Assembly (NCBI GenBank): GCA_963706045.1
Contig: CAVPLY010000011.1
Location: 87,536-151,535, forward strand
Direction: 5' to 3'
Source: an uncultured Actinomycetota bacterium
GTDB taxonomy: Bacteria > Actinomycetota > Actinomycetes > JAHEKZ01
DNA length: 64,000 nucleotides
Below, piece after piece: positions 1 to 13,100 of the stretch (positions within the stretch are counted from its first letter, which is position 1; the number at the start of each line of letters is the position of its first letter). Under the pieces are notes generated by a model. The model made no database searches. It worked only from the letters and a program-made list of their open reading frames with translations, and was not told where the DNA came from. The position numbers and the translations under genes were made by a program.

Positions 1-345
1 TTCGTCGAGGGCACCGCCGAGCAGCACGCGACGGTGGTCGAGGAGACCAAGAAGGCGTGTACCGAGTCGTACCGCGCCTACCAGGCGATGCTCGCAATGG
101 GCGTGGCGCGAGAGGTGGCGAGGGGCGTTCTGCCCGTGGCCACGTACTCGTCGATGTACGTCACCATGAACGCCCGCTCGCTGATGAACTTCCTGTCGTT
201 GCGCACCAAGCGCGAGGGTTCTGCATACCCCTCCTACCCGCAGCGCGAGATCGAGATGGTGGCCGAGCAGATGGAGACGCTGTGGGCTGGGCTCATGCCC
301 GTCACCCACGCGGCCTTCGAGGCCGCTGGCCGCGTTTCCCCGTAG
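1..345 (+). CDS. thyX: FAD-dependent thymidylate synthase ThyX, C-terminal part (5' end lies outside the window)
   Basis: Frame 1 is open from nt 1 to TAG 343-345. The sequence SMYVTMNARSLMNFLSLR...EIEMVAEQM is ThyX-like. Synteny thyX-dapA-rnj. Confidence 0.8.
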   Translation, partial: FVEGTAEQHATVVEETKKACTESYRAYQAMLAMGVAREVARGVLPVATYSSMYVTMNARSLMNFLSLRTKREGSAYPSYPQREIEMVAEQMETLWAGLMPVTHAAFEAAGRVSP

Positions 346-459
346 CAGCTGTAACGCCGGCCTGACGGCGAACGATCTCCGGTAGACCCCGTCACCGACC
401 GACCCCCCGAGCGGGTGGTGGCGGGGTCCTGCACGTCGTTGGCCCTTCTCGGCCGATAG

Positions 460-1377
<918 letters not shown>

Positions 1378-1381
<4 letters not shown>

Positions 1382-3066
1382 GCCATCCACACCCCGAGCT
1401 CGGACCTCCACCGCCTGCGCCGGCGGGATCACTACGCATCGTTCCGCTCGGCGGGCTCGGCGAGATCGGTCGCAACATGACCGTCTTCGAGTTCGGCGGC
1501 AAGCTCCTGATCGTTGACTGCGGTGTGCTCTTTCCCGAGGACGACCAGCCGGGCATCGATCTGATCCTGCCCGACTTCGACTACATCCGGGACCGTCTCG
1601 ACGACGTCGTCGGCCTGGTGCTCACGCACGGGCACGAGGACCACATCGGAGCAGTTCCGTACCTGCTTCGCGAGCGTGTCGACATCCCGATCTACGGCTC
1701 TCGACTGACGTTGGCCTTCCTCGAGGCCAAGCTGCGCGAACACCGGATCACGCCGATCGCGACGACCGTGGCTGAAGGCGACCGCACAGCTCTGGCGCCG
1801 TTCGACCTCGAGTTCATCGCGGTCAACCACTCCATCCCGGACGCGCTTGCTGTGGCGATCCGGACCCCCGCAGGACAGCTGGTGGTCCATACCGGCGACT
1901 TCAAGATGGACCAGCTGCCGCTCGACGGCAGGGTCACCGATCTACGCGCGTTTGCTCGGCTCGGTGACGAGGGCGTCGACCTCATGCTGGTCGACTCGAC
2001 CAACGCCGAGGTGCCGGGTTTCGTCGCGTCCGAGAAAGACATCGTCCCTGCCCTCGATCGGTACTTCGCCCAGAGTGAGCGCCGGATCATCGTGGCGTCG
2101 TTCGCCTCGCACATCCATCGAGTGCAGCAGATCATCGATGTCGCCAGGGCCCACCGTCGGAAGGTGGCGTTCGTGGGTCGCTCGATGGTGCGGAACATGG
2201 GGATCGCGCGTGATCTGGGGTACTTGACGATCCCTGCTGACACGGTGGTCGACGTCAAGGCGCTCGACGACCATCCTGACGACGGGGTCGTCCTGATCTG
2301 TACCGGGTCGCAGGGCGAGCCGATGGCCGTGCTGTCGCGCATTGCCGGACGCGACCACAGCATCGTGCTTGGCCCCGACGACACGGTCATCCTCGCGTCG
2401 TCCCTGATCCCGGGTAACGAGAACGCCGTCTTCCGGGTGATCAACGGACTGATGCGCTGGGGCGCGACAGTCGTGCACAAGGGCAATGCGATGGTGCACG
2501 TCTCCGGTCACGCAGCTGCCGGAGAGCTGCTCTACCTCTACAACCTGGTGCGGCCCACGAACGTCATGCCCGTGCACGGCGAGATCAGGCACCTACGGGC
2601 GAACGCCGATCTCGCCATGGCGACCGGTGTCGAGGCGAGAAACGTGGCAATGGCAGAAGACGGAGTGGTGGTCGACCTCGTCGATGGTCATGCCCGCGTC
2701 GTCGGCGCCGTTCCGTGTGGCTACGTGTACGTCGACGGCGCCTCGGTCGGAGACATCACTGAGGCCTCGCTCAAGGACCGTCGAATCCTGGGGACCGAGG
2801 GTTTCGTCTCGGTGCATGTCGTCGTCGACTCCGCATCAGGCAAGGTGGTCGGGGGTCCGATCGTCTCGGCGCGTGGGTTCCTCGAGGACGACGCCGTCTT
2901 CGACGATGTCCTGCCTCTGATCACGGCGGCGCTGGAAGAGGCCGGTGGGCGAGGCGTCGGCGAGGCGCACCAGCTGCAACAGGTCGTGCGGCGCACGATG
3001 GGGCGCTGGGTCAGCAGCACGCATCGCAGGAAACCGATGATCATCCCGGTGGTCATCGAGGTCTGA
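1378..3066 (+). CDS. rnj: Ribonuclease J (metallo-beta-lactamase/beta-CASP)
   Basis: 562-aa ORF with LRIVPLGGLGEIGRNM and the HGHEDHIG motif. Conserved position after dapA. Confidence 0.9.
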
Positions 3067-3161
3067 GGGCACGGCAGGGCGCCCGGCTGGAGTCCAGACG
3101 CCATCGCGACACACCGCGTCACCAGCACAGATCGGCTCATACCCCTGGGTAGCCTTCCGCT

Positions 3162-5735
3162 ATGGCCTCGTCTTCCCCCCGGGGCGCCACTCGGTCACGT
3201 CCGTCGAGTTCGCGCTCATCGACCTCCACGCGTTCGAGGTCGTCTTCCCGTACTGCGTCCAAGCCGCGCCCGTCAGTGCGTCGTGCCGGTCCTGGGCCGG
3301 CGATGCGCGTGGTGCGAGCGCTCTGGCTGGCGGTGAGGGGCCTCTGGCTCGGTGTGGCCCATCTGTTCGGGGGAGCGGCGCGGCGTATCGGCACGAGTGC
3401 CCGTGACCTCGACCCCGAGCAGCGACGCGACGGCATCGGTCTGCTCCTCATCGCGCTGGCCCTGGTTGCCGCCGCCTCACAGTGGTGGTCGCTCGATGGG
3501 CCGGTGGACGTCACCGCCGATGCGGTCGTGGTGGGCAGCTCCGGTCGGCTGGCCTGGGCTGTGCCCGTGCTGCTGGTCGGCCTCTCCTGGTGGGTGCTTC
3601 GCCACCCGGCCGGCCACGCTCCCGCCGGACGCCTCGTGATCGGCTGGGCCGCGACCATAGGCGGCGCCCTCGGTCTCGTGCACGCCCTGGCAGGAACCCC
3701 TCAGCCGGTCGACGGCGCTGAGGCCATGCGGTCGGCCGGAGGTTTCATCGGGTTCATGGTGGCAGCGCCGCTGGTATCGGGACTCACGGTGTGGCTCGCC
3801 GTTCCCCTGATGGTGTTGATGGTCGGGTTCGGCTTGTTGGTGCTCACCGCAACCCCTGTTCACCAGGTGCCTGAGCGAATCCGGGCCCTGCGTGACCGGC
3901 TCTTCTTCAGCCAGCCCGTCGACGAGGTGATCGACCTCGTCGATGCCGACAGCCACGAGCTGAACGCCCCCGCTCGACCACGGCGCCGCAGCTGGTTCCG
4001 CTCGCTCCGCCACGAGCACCCGACACCAACGGGACCGGAACCCTTCGAGACGCCCGTGCTGACCGAGGAGGCGCGGGCCGACCTCGATGCCGCAGCCGGT
4101 GACGACCCCGTCGTTGACACGGACTTTGAAGACCTCGCACCGGGTTCGGCACCCGGGGCAGCAGTGGGCATCGTGACGCCAGAGGCGACGCAAGCAGCAG
4201 ACGGTGGTGTCGGCGGCGCTGAGGCCAGCTCACCGATGCCGGCACGCGTCGAGCAGCTACTGCTCGGCGGCGACATCACCTACACGCTTCCGGACCCCGC
4301 CCTGTTGCGCACCGGCAGCCCTCACAAGGCCCGCAGCAAGGCCAACGACGCGGTCGTCGCGGCGCTGACCGAGGTGCTCGAGCAGTTCGGCATCGACGCC
4401 AGGGTGACCGGGTTCACGAGGGGTCCTACCGTCACGAGGTACGAGGTTGAGCTCGGCCCCGGGATCAAGGTCGAACGCGTCACGGCCCTGAGTAGAAACA
4501 TCGCGTATGCCGTTGCGAGTGCCGACGTCCGCATCCTCTCGCCGATTCCCGGCAAGTCCGCAATCGGCATCGAGATCCCCAACACTGACCGCGAGATCGT
4601 GAGCCTCGGGGATGTCATGCGTTCGTCGGCGGCCCGCGGCGACCACCACCCGATGGTCGTCGGGCTCGGCAAGGACGTCGAGGGCGGCTATGTGTGCGCC
4701 AACCTTGCGAAGATGCCGCACGTGCTCGTGGCCGGAGCAACCGGAGCCGGCAAGAGCGGGTGCATGAACGCGCTTATCACCAGTGTGTTGATGCGATCGA
4801 CCCCCGACGAAGTACGTATGGTCCTTGTCGACCCCAAGCGCGTGGAGCTCACGGCCTACGAGGGCATCCCGCATCTGATCACCCCGATCATCACCAACCC
4901 CAAGAAGGCAGCCGATGCTTTGCAGTGGGTCGTCCGCGAGATGGAGATGCGCTACGACGACCTTGCCGCCTACGGTTTCCGGCACGTCGACGACTTCAAC
5001 AAGGCCGTGCGCTTGGGCACGGTGAAGCCACCGCCCGGCAGTGAGCGCGCCCTCGCGCCCTACCCCTACCTCCTCGTCGTTGTCGACGAGCTGGCAGACC
5101 TCATGATGGTCGCCCCGCGTGACGTCGAAGACTCCATCGTTCGCATTACGCAGCTCGCAAGAGCTGCCGGCATCCACCTGGTGCTCGCCACGCAGCGACC
5201 CAGCGTCGATGTCGTGACGGGTCTGATCAAGGCCAATGTGCCCAGCCGGTTGGCGTTCGCCACTTCGTCGTTGGCCGACAGCCGGGTGATCTTGGACCAG
5301 GCCGGCGCGGAGAAGCTGATCGGTCAAGGAGACGCGCTCTTCCTTCCGATGGGTGCCAGCAAGCCGATCCGGGTGCAGGGATCCTGGGTCAACGAGCAGG
5401 AGGTCGCCGCCGTCGTCGCGCACGTCAAGGCCCAGCTCCAACCGACCTATCGCGATGACATCACTGCCGGCCCGGTGCGTAAGGAGGTCGACGGCGACAT
5501 CGGCGACGATCTCGATATCTTGCTGCAAGCCGTCGAGCTCGTCGTCGACACCCAGTTCGGCTCCACCTCGATGCTGCAGCGCAAGCTGCGGGTGGGTTTC
5601 GCCAAGGCGGGTCGCCTCATGGACCTGATGGAGTCGCGGGGAATCGTGGGGCCGTCTGAGGGTTCCAAGGCGCGCGACGTCCTGCTCAAGCCCGACGAGC
5701 TGCCGGCTGTGCTGATCACTCTGCGCGGAGAGTAG
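3162..5735 (+). CDS. ftsK: DNA translocase FtsK
   Basis: 857 aa. Ser/Arg-rich N-terminus, TM helices, Walker A GATGAGKS, LLVVVDELADLM, and a C-terminal gamma domain (STSMLQRKLRVGFAKAGRLMDLME). Confidence 0.9.
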   Translation: MASSSPRGATRSRPSSSRSSTSTRSRSSSRTASKPRPSVRRAGPGPAMRVVRALWLAVRGLWLGVAHLFGGAARRIGTSARDLDPEQRRDGIGLLLIALALVAAASQWWSLDGPVDVTADAVVVGSSGRLAWAVPVLLVGLSWWVLRHPAGHAPAGRLVIGWAATIGGALGLVHALAGTPQPVDGAEAMRSAGGFIGFMVAAPLVSGLTVWLAVPLMVLMVGFGLLVLTATPVHQVPERIRALRDRLFFSQPVDEVIDLVDADSHELNAPARPRRRSWFRSLRHEHPTPTGPEPFETPVLTEEARADLDAAAGDDPVVDTDFEDLAPGSAPGAAVGIVTPEATQAADGGVGGAEASSPMPARVEQLLLGGDITYTLPDPALLRTGSPHKARSKANDAVVAALTEVLEQFGIDARVTGFTRGPTVTRYEVELGPGIKVERVTALSRNIAYAVASADVRILSPIPGKSAIGIEIPNTDREIVSLGDVMRSSAARGDHHPMVVGLGKDVEGGYVCANLAKMPHVLVAGATGAGKSGCMNALITSVLMRSTPDEVRMVLVDPKRVELTAYEGIPHLITPIITNPKKAADALQWVVREMEMRYDDLAAYGFRHVDDFNKAVRLGTVKPPPGSERALAPYPYLLVVVDELADLMMVAPRDVEDSIVRITQLARAAGIHLVLATQRPSVDVVTGLIKANVPSRLAFATSSLADSRVILDQAGAEKLIGQGDALFLPMGASKPIRVQGSWVNEQEVAAVVAHVKAQLQPTYRDDITAGPVRKEVDGDIGDDLDILLQAVELVVDTQFGSTSMLQRKLRVGFAKAGRLMDLMESRGIVGPSEGSKARDVLLKPDELPAVLITLRGE

Positions 5736-5873
5736 GCAGGGCACGCTGCGATAGCGCGCAGCGGCAGGCCAGCTGTGAGCGTGGGGCCGGCTGTTTCGGT
5801 CGCTTTGTCCTGGGCAGGCCTTCGGCCGTAGACTGGGGGCGTTCGCCGTCTGCGTCCCGAGGGGAGGGGCTTG

Positions 5874-6632
5874 ATGTCTATTGGCTCCGAGGTCCTCGCC
5901 GCCCGCGAGAAAGCGGGTCTCTCACTGGCTGAGGTGAGTTCCCGCACCCGGGTTCGGGCGACCGTCATTGGCGAGATTGAATCGGACAATTTCGCCCATT
6001 GTGGCGGCGACATCTATGCGCGCGGGCACCTTCGCGCCATTGCGACCGCCGTGGGCGTTGACCCTCAGCCCTGGGTCGACGCGTACGACGCCGAGTACGG
6101 CACCGGCGCCCCGTCGGTGACCGAGGTCTTCGACTCAGAAACATCTGCCACTCCGGTGCGCCGCAAGGGTGCCAACTGGAGCGCCGTCATGGCTGCTGCC
6201 CTGGTGGTGGCCGTCGGGCTCGTGGCCGTCCAGATCGCTTCCTCCTCCGACGACGGCAGTCGGACCACCACGACCGTCGCAGAGCCGACACCGACGCCGA
6301 CCAGTTCTGGCACCGACGCCGAGGCCACCGACAAGCCCTCGCAGGTCGCCGAGGCCGAACGCGACGAGGTCGTCGTCCGTGTCACGTCTCTACCCGCTGA
6401 GATCAGCTGGGTCCAGGTGACCGCCTCTGACGGATCGGTTGTCTTCTCCGGCTCGATCGGTGGGGGCACGTCGAAGACCTTCCGCGACAAGAACCGACTC
6501 TCGCTTGTCATCGGCAACGCCGCGGCCGTCGAGCTGACGGTCAACGGCCAAGATCTCGGCAGCCCCGGGGAGTCGGGCCAGGTCGCCCGACTGAAGTTCA
6601 CTCCGAAGGACCCCGACGGGACCTCAGGCTGA
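5874..6632 (+). CDS. RodZ-like helix-turn-helix membrane protein (HTH + TM + DUF4115-like C-terminus)
   Basis: ATG at 5874 after a GAGGGGAGGGG RBS. N-terminal XRE-type HTH ([18 protein letters not shown]), one TM segment, Thr/Pro linker. Confidence 0.65.
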   Translation: MSIGSEVLAAREKAGLSLAEVSSRTRVRATVIGEIESDNFAHCGGDIYARGHLRAIATAVGVDPQPWVDAYDAEYGTGAPSVTEVFDSETSATPVRRKGANWSAVMAAALVVAVGLVAVQIASSSDDGSRTTTTVAEPTPTPTSSGTDAEATDKPSQVAEAERDEVVVRVTSLPAEISWVQVTASDGSVVFSGSIGGGTSKTFRDKNRLSLVIGNAAAVELTVNGQDLGSPGESGQVARLKFTPKDPDGTSG

Positions 6633-6633
6633 C

Positions 6634-8076
6634 GTGACACCCCGGGTGTCCCTGGTAACTCTGGGCTGCGCGCGCAACGACGTCGACTCCGAAGAGCTCG
6701 CTGCCCGCTTCGCGGCTGCAGGCCTGACGCTCGTCGATGAGCCAGCCGAGGCCGACGCCGTGGTGGTGAACACGTGCGGATTCGTGGCGGCAGCGAAGAA
6801 GGACTCCATCGACACGATCCTCGCTGCTGCCGACCTGAAGGGTCCTGGTGGCCCGCAAGCGGTGATCGCTGTGGGATGTATGGCCGAGCGCTACGGCACC
6901 GAGTTGGCCGCCGAGCTCGACGAGGTCGATGCCGTCCTCGGCTTCGACGACTACCCCGACATCGCTGCCAAGGTGCGGGCCGTCCTGGCAGGTGACACGC
7001 CGTCGGCGCCCACTCCCCAGGACCGTCGACTGCTGCTGCCGATGGCCCCTGCTGACCGCGCGGTGAGCGCTCGCCCCGACGACCGCCTCGCGTCATCGAC
7101 CCGGCAGGGGCCGGCCTCCGGTCCTCGCGTGCCCAGGCACAGGCTCGACTCGAGTCCGATGGCCCCGGTCAAGATCGCTGCCGGTTGCGACCGTCGGTGC
7201 GCCTTCTGTGCGATTCCTAGGTTCCGCGGGTCGTTCGTGTCGCGCCCGCCCCACGAGATCGTCGACGAGGTCGGATGGCTGGCCGGTCGGGGCGTCCGAG
7301 AGGTTTTTCTGGTCAGCGAGAACTCCACCTCCTACGGCAAGGACCTTGGCGACCTGCGGGCGTTGGAGCAGATGTTGCCGCACCTCACGGAGATCGAGGG
7401 GATCGACCGGGTTCGCGTCAGCTACCTGCAGCCGGCCGAGGTGCGACCGGGACTCATCGAGGTCATGGCAGGAACTCCCGGCGTGGCCCCCTACTTCGAC
7501 CTCTCCTTTCAGCACGCCAGTGGACCATTGCTCCGCCGGATGCGGCGGTTCGGCGACGCTGACGCCTTCCTCGAACTCATCAGCACGGTGCGCTCCCTGG
7601 CACCGACAGCTGGCATCCGGTCGAACGTGATCGTGGGGTTCCCCGGCGAGACCGATCGCGACGTCGAGGTGCTCACTGACTTCCTGGCCGCCGCTCGGCT
7701 CGATGTCGTCGGGGTGTTCGGGTACTCCGATGAGGACGGCACCGAGGCCGCCGGGCTCGACGGCCAGCTCGCTGAGCAGGTCATCGAGGAGCGCAGACGC
7801 CACGTCGACCAGCTCGTCGAGTCGCTGGTGGCCGACCGAGCTGCCGACCGGATCGGTGAAGTGGTGGAGGTGCTGGTGGAAGAACACGTCGACGGCCTGG
7901 CCACCGGCCGCGCGGCGCACCAAGGACCAGAGGTCGACGGCATCGTCGAGCTGCCAGGGGTGGCAGCCCCTGTCGGTACCTGGGTAACGGCACGAGTGGT
8001 GGAGTCGACGGGAGCTGATCTCATCGGTGCGGTGGAGCCGGGGTCAGCCGCCCTGGCCGAGGGGCGGACGCTGTGA
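6634..8076 (+). CDS. rimO: Ribosomal protein S12 methylthiotransferase RimO (radical SAM)
   Basis: [17 protein letters not shown]-terminus, radical-SAM CDRRCAFC motif, C-terminal TRAM region. Position between ftsK and pgsA. Confidence 0.85.
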   Translation: MTPRVSLVTLGCARNDVDSEELAARFAAAGLTLVDEPAEADAVVVNTCGFVAAAKKDSIDTILAAADLKGPGGPQAVIAVGCMAERYGTELAAELDEVDAVLGFDDYPDIAAKVRAVLAGDTPSAPTPQDRRLLLPMAPADRAVSARPDDRLASSTRQGPASGPRVPRHRLDSSPMAPVKIAAGCDRRCAFCAIPRFRGSFVSRPPHEIVDEVGWLAGRGVREVFLVSENSTSYGKDLGDLRALEQMLPHLTEIEGIDRVRVSYLQPAEVRPGLIEVMAGTPGVAPYFDLSFQHASGPLLRRMRRFGDADAFLELISTVRSLAPTAGIRSNVIVGFPGETDRDVEVLTDFLAAARLDVVGVFGYSDEDGTEAAGLDGQLAEQVIEERRRHVDQLVESLVADRAADRIGEVVEVLVEEHVDGLATGRAAHQGPEVDGIVELPGVAAPVGTWVTARVVESTGADLIGAVEPGSAALAEGRTL

Positions 8077-8669
8077 GCGAGGAGGTCAAGGCGGCTGTCT
8101 CGTCCTGGAACCTGCCGAACGCTCTGACTGTCATCCGTCTCTTCCTGGTGCCGGTGTTCGTGGTTGTTGCGTGGGCAGGATTCGGGCGCGACGACCAGGC
8201 CTGGCAGGCATGGGCGGCGCTTATCTTCCTGGCCGCCGCCGTCACCGACCTGCTCGATGGCGAGTTGGCCCGCCGCACGGGCAAGGTGACCTCCTTCGGC
8301 AAGATCGCCGACCCGATTGCCGACAAGGCCCTCACCGGGGCGGCGTTGATCGTCCTGTCGTGGTTCGACCTGTTGCCGTGGTGGGTCACCGTCGTGGTCA
8401 TCGTCCGCGAGGTGGTCGTGACGGTTCTACGGTTCTGGGTGATCAGGCACGGCGTCATGGCGGCCAGTCGCGGGGGCAAGCTCAAGACGGCCTTGCAGAT
8501 CGTCGCCATCACGCTCTACCTCCTGCCGTTGGCCAGCGGTGCTGTCGTCGTCGCCCAAGTCGTCATGGCAGCTGCAGTCATCGTCACGTTGCTGACCGGC
8601 ATCGACTATGGGCTGCGTGCCATCGCGCTGCGGCGAGCGGGAGCAGCGGCCGATGGGGTCTCACCGTGA
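8073..8669 (+). CDS. pgsA: CDP-diacylglycerol--glycerol-3-phosphate 3-phosphatidyltransferase
   Basis: CDP-alcohol phosphatidyltransferase motif [31 protein letters not shown] overlap with the rimO stop. Confidence 0.85.
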   Translation: MSEEVKAAVSSWNLPNALTVIRLFLVPVFVVVAWAGFGRDDQAWQAWAALIFLAAAVTDLLDGELARRTGKVTSFGKIADPIADKALTGAALIVLSWFDLLPWWVTVVVIVREVVVTVLRFWVIRHGVMAASRGGKLKTALQIVAITLYLLPLASGAVVVAQVVMAAAVIVTLLTGIDYGLRAIALRRAGAAADGVSP

Positions 8670-9172
8670 GTGAGGCGCAGGCTCTTGCTGCTCGGCTCGT
8701 GCCAGCTCTCCACGAACGGGGACTGACGGTGGCCGTGGCTGAGTCGCTGACCGGTGGGCTGGTGATGGCCACCCTCACTGAGATTCCTGGCGCCAGTGCG
8801 GTCCTCCGGGGCGGCCCCGTTGTCTATGCCACTGACACCAAAGCCTCTGAGCTCGGCGTCGACCCCGAGCTGCTGGCGTCCCAGGGACCTGTCAGTGCTC
8901 TCGTCGCAGAGGCCATGGCCGTCGGGGTTCGCGCCAGATGGCGGGCTGACATCGGCCTCGCCACGACCGGGGTTGCCGGCCCGGACGGCCAAGACGGGCA
9001 CCCCGTCGGAGAGGTCTACGTGGCGCTCGCCGACGCCTCCGACTCCTTCGCCATTCCGAGGTCGTTGGGGAAGGGGCGCGATCGGGCGGCCATCCGCCAG
9101 CAAGCTGTGGAACAGGCGCTCATTGCGCTTGCAGCGCACATCGGGATCGCCGGGGAAGCCACCGCAGGCTGA
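8666..9172 (+). CDS. CinA C-terminal domain protein (nicotinamide-nucleotide amidohydrolase PncC-like)
   Basis: GTG 8666 overlaps the pgsA stop. [14 protein letters not shown]...[23 protein letters not shown] is typical of the CinA C-terminal domain. The longer listed ORF 8027-9172 reads upstream across the rimO 3' end and the pgsA gene in another frame. Confidence 0.8.
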   Translation: MSEAQALAARLVPALHERGLTVAVAESLTGGLVMATLTEIPGASAVLRGGPVVYATDTKASELGVDPELLASQGPVSALVAEAMAVGVRARWRADIGLATTGVAGPDGQDGHPVGEVYVALADASDSFAIPRSLGKGRDRAAIRQQAVEQALIALAAHIGIAGEATAG

Positions 9173-9254
9173 CGCGGTTACACTGGCAGTGCCCGGGCGG
9201 CGACCGCCGCTCGGTCTGTCAAAAAAGGCAGGGCCTGTCACGAAGGGATCGCCG

Positions 9255-9578
9255 ATGATCGTGTTGCGTCAGCATCTCGGCGACGAGTTGCGCCGCCAGC
9301 GTCAGCAACAGGGACGCACGCTTCGCCAGGTCTCCGCCTCCGCCCGGGTCTCGCTCGGGTACCTGTCCGAGATCGAACGAGGACAGAAGGAGGCGAGCAG
9401 CGAGTTGTTGGCGTCGATCTGCGGCGCCCTCGAGATCCCGCTGTCGGCGCTGCTGCGCAACGTCAGCGACGACATCGCTTTGGCCGAGCTCGCATCGGCC
9501 CCGGTCATCCCCGCGCGTGGTGACGAAGACGGCGACGGCGGCCCGCGTGCGGCCGCCGGGGTGCCAGCCGCCGTCTGA
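9255..9578 (+). CDS. clgR: XRE-family transcriptional regulator ClgR
   Basis: [45 protein letters not shown] closely resembles mycobacterial ClgR. Position after pgsA/cinA as in M. tuberculosis. Confidence 0.75.
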   Translation: MIVLRQHLGDELRRQRQQQGRTLRQVSASARVSLGYLSEIERGQKEASSELLASICGALEIPLSALLRNVSDDIALAELASAPVIPARGDEDGDGGPRAAAGVPAAV

Positions 9579-9652
9579 CCGTGGCTGATCGCCCGGAACG
9601 TCAGGTCTCGCCAGGGCAACAAAGGGCTCCGCAGGTTCGGGCGGGTAATGCC

Positions 9653-10118
9653 ATGGAGCGGGCCCGAACCCAGATCCTTGTCGCTGCTGCTGACCTCGTC
9701 GCCGTCGGCGGACTTGCGTGCGGTCACGATGGCGTCGGTTGCCCGTACGTCCGCCGTGGCCAAGGCCACCGTGTACAACCACTTCCGCGACCGTGACGAC
9801 GTGTTGCAGGCGTTGCTGGAGTCTGAAGGTGAACAACTCGTCACCCACTGTGCTGCCGTACCGACCGACGAGCGCCTGCAGGCAGCGGCCCGTTGGCTGG
9901 GCAGCTCGCCGGTCATCGCTGGTCTCCGCCGCTACGACCCCGCCACGCTGGTGAACGTGGCCAACCGGGCGGCCACTGAACCCAGCGTTCACGAGGTGGT
10001 GGCCGGTTGGTGCACCCCCGGCCACGATTGCGCCGATGCTCTGCGATGGCTGGTGTCGTTCGCCGTGGTCCCCGGGGAATCTGGTGAAGCACCCTCCGGG
10101 GAAGAAGCGTCCCTCTAG
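9653..10118 (+). pseudogene. TetR-family transcriptional regulator, frame break near 9716
   Basis: MERARTQILVAAADLVAVGGL is in the frame of 9653. The HTH continuation RAVTMASVARTSAVAKATVYNHFRDRDDVLQALL is in the frame of 9648. The join reads gga ctt g cgt. Confidence 0.75.
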
Positions 10119-10171
10119 TCTGTCGGCGCGAGGAGCAGTGCCCCACGGTCGTCGATCCCAGGTATCCGGCT

Positions 10172-13100
10172 CTATCCGTCTCCGTGAGCGGAGCGGCTGC
10201 GATCGGCCGCAGCCGGAGCCCCCTCGGCGTGAGCAGGAATCCGGCTTCCTGCAGATGGTGGCGCCAGCCGGAGGAGTGGATGTCTGTGCCGTCGACGCGC
10301 TGCACGTGCAGAGGGGGTCGACGGCCGGCGCGCACTGCGCCGGCGAGCGCCTCGGCTGCCGCAGCGGCCCGGAGGGACTCGGCCTCGCTCCACGTCAGCA
10401 ACGACCGGCCGCCACGCTCGACGAAGAGCGCTAGTCCGTGGTCATCGAGCACAACGGTGGCACCGGCCTTGCGGCCCGGACGGTGCGCGTCGGCCGACGC
10501 CGGCCAGGGGAGCGCTGCCCCGTAGGGATTGGCCGGGTCGGTGGCTGCCAGGACGATGGGACCTGAGGCAGAGCCCGGGGGCTCACCCGCGGTTTGGCGA
10601 CGTCGGATCTGGTCGACCGCCGAGCTACCGGCGAACTGTGCGGCGCCGAGTCCCTCGACGAAGTAGCCGCGCTGGACGCGTCCGGCGTCTTCCATTGCTG
10701 ACATGACCCGGTAGACGGCGGCGAACCCACCCGAGACGTTCTCGGTGGCGACAGACCCTCGGGTGAGCACGCCATGACGGCTCAGCAGAGCCTCGGCCAG
10801 CGCGTGCGCGCGGAGCGTCGGAGTGGCGGGTTCGGAGGCGACGCGAAACCACCGCCCCGGGACCTGTTCGCCAGGGCGAACCCGGGGCGATCTTCGGCCG
10901 GCACCGGGGGCGCGGCGTCTGGACGTTGCTACCGAGGTCGGCGGGGCCACCCGTTGCGACCGGCCGAGGTGGCTGCGACCCAGCCGTGTGCGTACTGCGG
11001 CAAGGGAGTCGTTGGTCAGGACCCCCGTCCAGACCAGGTCCCAGAGCGCCTCGTCGACGACGTCTGAGGAGTAGCCGGGGAGCCCGGCATGTACGCCACG
11101 CGTCAGAAGGGCGACGCCGTCTCCGAAGAGGTCGAGAACGGCCGACTGGGCCTCGGTGGGAGTGTCGATCGCGACCGGCGGGGGCAGCAGCGTCGACATC
11201 TGATCGGCCGTGACGAAGCCGATCCACCCGTCGCCCTGCGGCAGCCCACCTGCGCCGAACCACATGACGTCGCCCGAACCGGTCAGCTCGTCGAGCCACG
11301 CCGGTTGGTAGCCCGGGAGCCGGGCGGGCAGGATGCTGCGCTCCCACTCAGAAGCAGGAGCGGTGGCGGCGCCGAGCTGTTCGATGCTGCGGTACAGGTC
11401 GTCAACGCCACCTGCCCGACCACCTGGGTTCACGCCCTGCCATGCGGGCAGGAAGGTGGTGAGGGCTTCGCTCGCCACCGGCTCTGCCGCTTGTTGCGCC
11501 AGTGCGAGGCTGGCGCGGCGGATCTGGCGAAGCACCTCGGCGTCGCACCACTCCGCGCCGGTCTCGCCGGGGCGGAAGGCGCCGGCCACCACTCGGCCGC
11601 CGACCGCCAGCCGTTGCAGCGCGGTGTCGACGACGGCGGGACCGAGGAGAGGCCGTGCGCTGCGTCGCTGGTCGAAAAGGGCCCGTGGGTGCGGGCATAG
11701 CGCGAGACGAGATCACCCACCGGATCGGTCACCGAGGCAGTGAACGCGCCGGAGATCCCGGGGGAAGCGGAATGCCGATGGCGTCGCGGAGGCGAGCGAG
11801 GTCTTCGACGGCGACCAGGCGCTCGCCGGAGGGCAGTCGAACTGACACCGCCCGGTTGCTGTCGACGAGGACAGCTGCCCATGTCGGGTCTGCGCCGCGC
11901 CTGACCAGGTCGTCGTCGGACAGTGGCCCGAGCACCCGAAGGGCATCTGCGACCGCCTCAGGATCGCGCAGCCGACGTTCGTCGGTGAGCCACCCGACGC
12001 GGCGCTCGACGAGCGCGATGGCGTCAGGGTCGAGCAGCTCGCGGAGCTCGGCCTGCCCCAGGAGCTCGGCGAGCAGCGTCGTGTCGACCGAGAGCGCAGC
12101 GGCCCGCCGCTCGGCGAGAGGTGCATCGCCTTCGTAGAGAAAGGCGCCGACGTAGGAGAAGAGCAGGGAACGGGCGAACGGTGACGGTTGCTGGGTCTCG
12201 ACCTCGACGATCCGCATCCTGCCCCGGTCGAGATCGGTGAGCAGGTCGCGCAGGCCAGGAACGTCGAAGACATCCTGAAGGCACTCGCGCATCGTCTCGA
12301 GCACGAGCGGGAAGGTGGGGTGACCGGAGGCGACTCCGAGCAGCTGCGCGGAGCGCTGGCGTTGTTGCCACAGCGGAGTGCGTCGGTCGGGGCGACGCCG
12401 TGGCAGCAGAAGCGCACGGGACGAGCACTCGCGGAAGCGGGCGGCGAACAGCGCCGACCCCCAGACCGCGTCGGTGACCTCACGCTCGACGTCGTCGGGA
12501 TCGATGAGCAGGTGGTCGCTCAGCGTCGGTGCTCCGCCGTCATCGGAATCACCGAAGTCGGGCAGTCGAAGAACGATGCCGTCGTCGGACGGCATCACCT
12601 GCACGTCCATGTCGAGGTCGTTGCGCAGGCGCGCCGCGATGGCTAACGCCCACGGCGTGTTCACGCGTCCCCCGGCGAGAGAGTGCACCACGAGTCGCCA
12701 GTCGCCGATCTCGTCGCGGAAGCGTTCGACCACGATCGTGCGGTCGTCGGGAACCGCCCCGCAGATCTCGTGCTGCTCGGCCAGGTAGGCGATGGCGTTC
12801 GTTGCGGCATTGTGGTCGAGACCGACGGCGGTCAGCTGTGCTTCGGCGCCTTCGGCCGTGGCCCCCGGAGCTGCCGGATCGTGGCGCCGATGGCCTGGCC
12901 GAACTCGCGGGGGCGTCCCACCGTGTCGCCATGCCAGAAGGGGAGCTTTCCGGCGCGCCCCGGTGCGGGGCTGACGAGCACCTGGTCGTGGGTGATGTCG
13001 ACGATCTGCCACGACGTCGAGCCAAGGGCGAAGACGTCGCCGACGCGCGACTCGTAGACCATCTCTTCGTCGAGCTCGCCCACCCGTCGCCCTGGGCCTC

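Noticed and set aside
4257-5744. Long antisense ORFs opposite well-supported genes, for example 4257-5744(-) opposite ftsK, 39343-41811(-) opposite nrdJ, 21129-22244(-) opposite the Rieske gene, and 28375-29403(-).
   Set aside because: Their translations are Arg/Pro/Gly-rich and of low complexity, with no motifs. Such open antisense frames are expected in DNA of about 70% G+C, and the opposite strand carries unambiguous conserved proteins.
8027-8665. The 5' two-thirds of listed ORF 8027-9172, which overlaps the rimO 3' end and pgsA in another frame.
   Set aside because: Only the segment from GTG 8666 onward has CinA-domain similarity. The upstream part is Arg/Gly-rich read-through across the rimO 3' end and the pgsA coding region.
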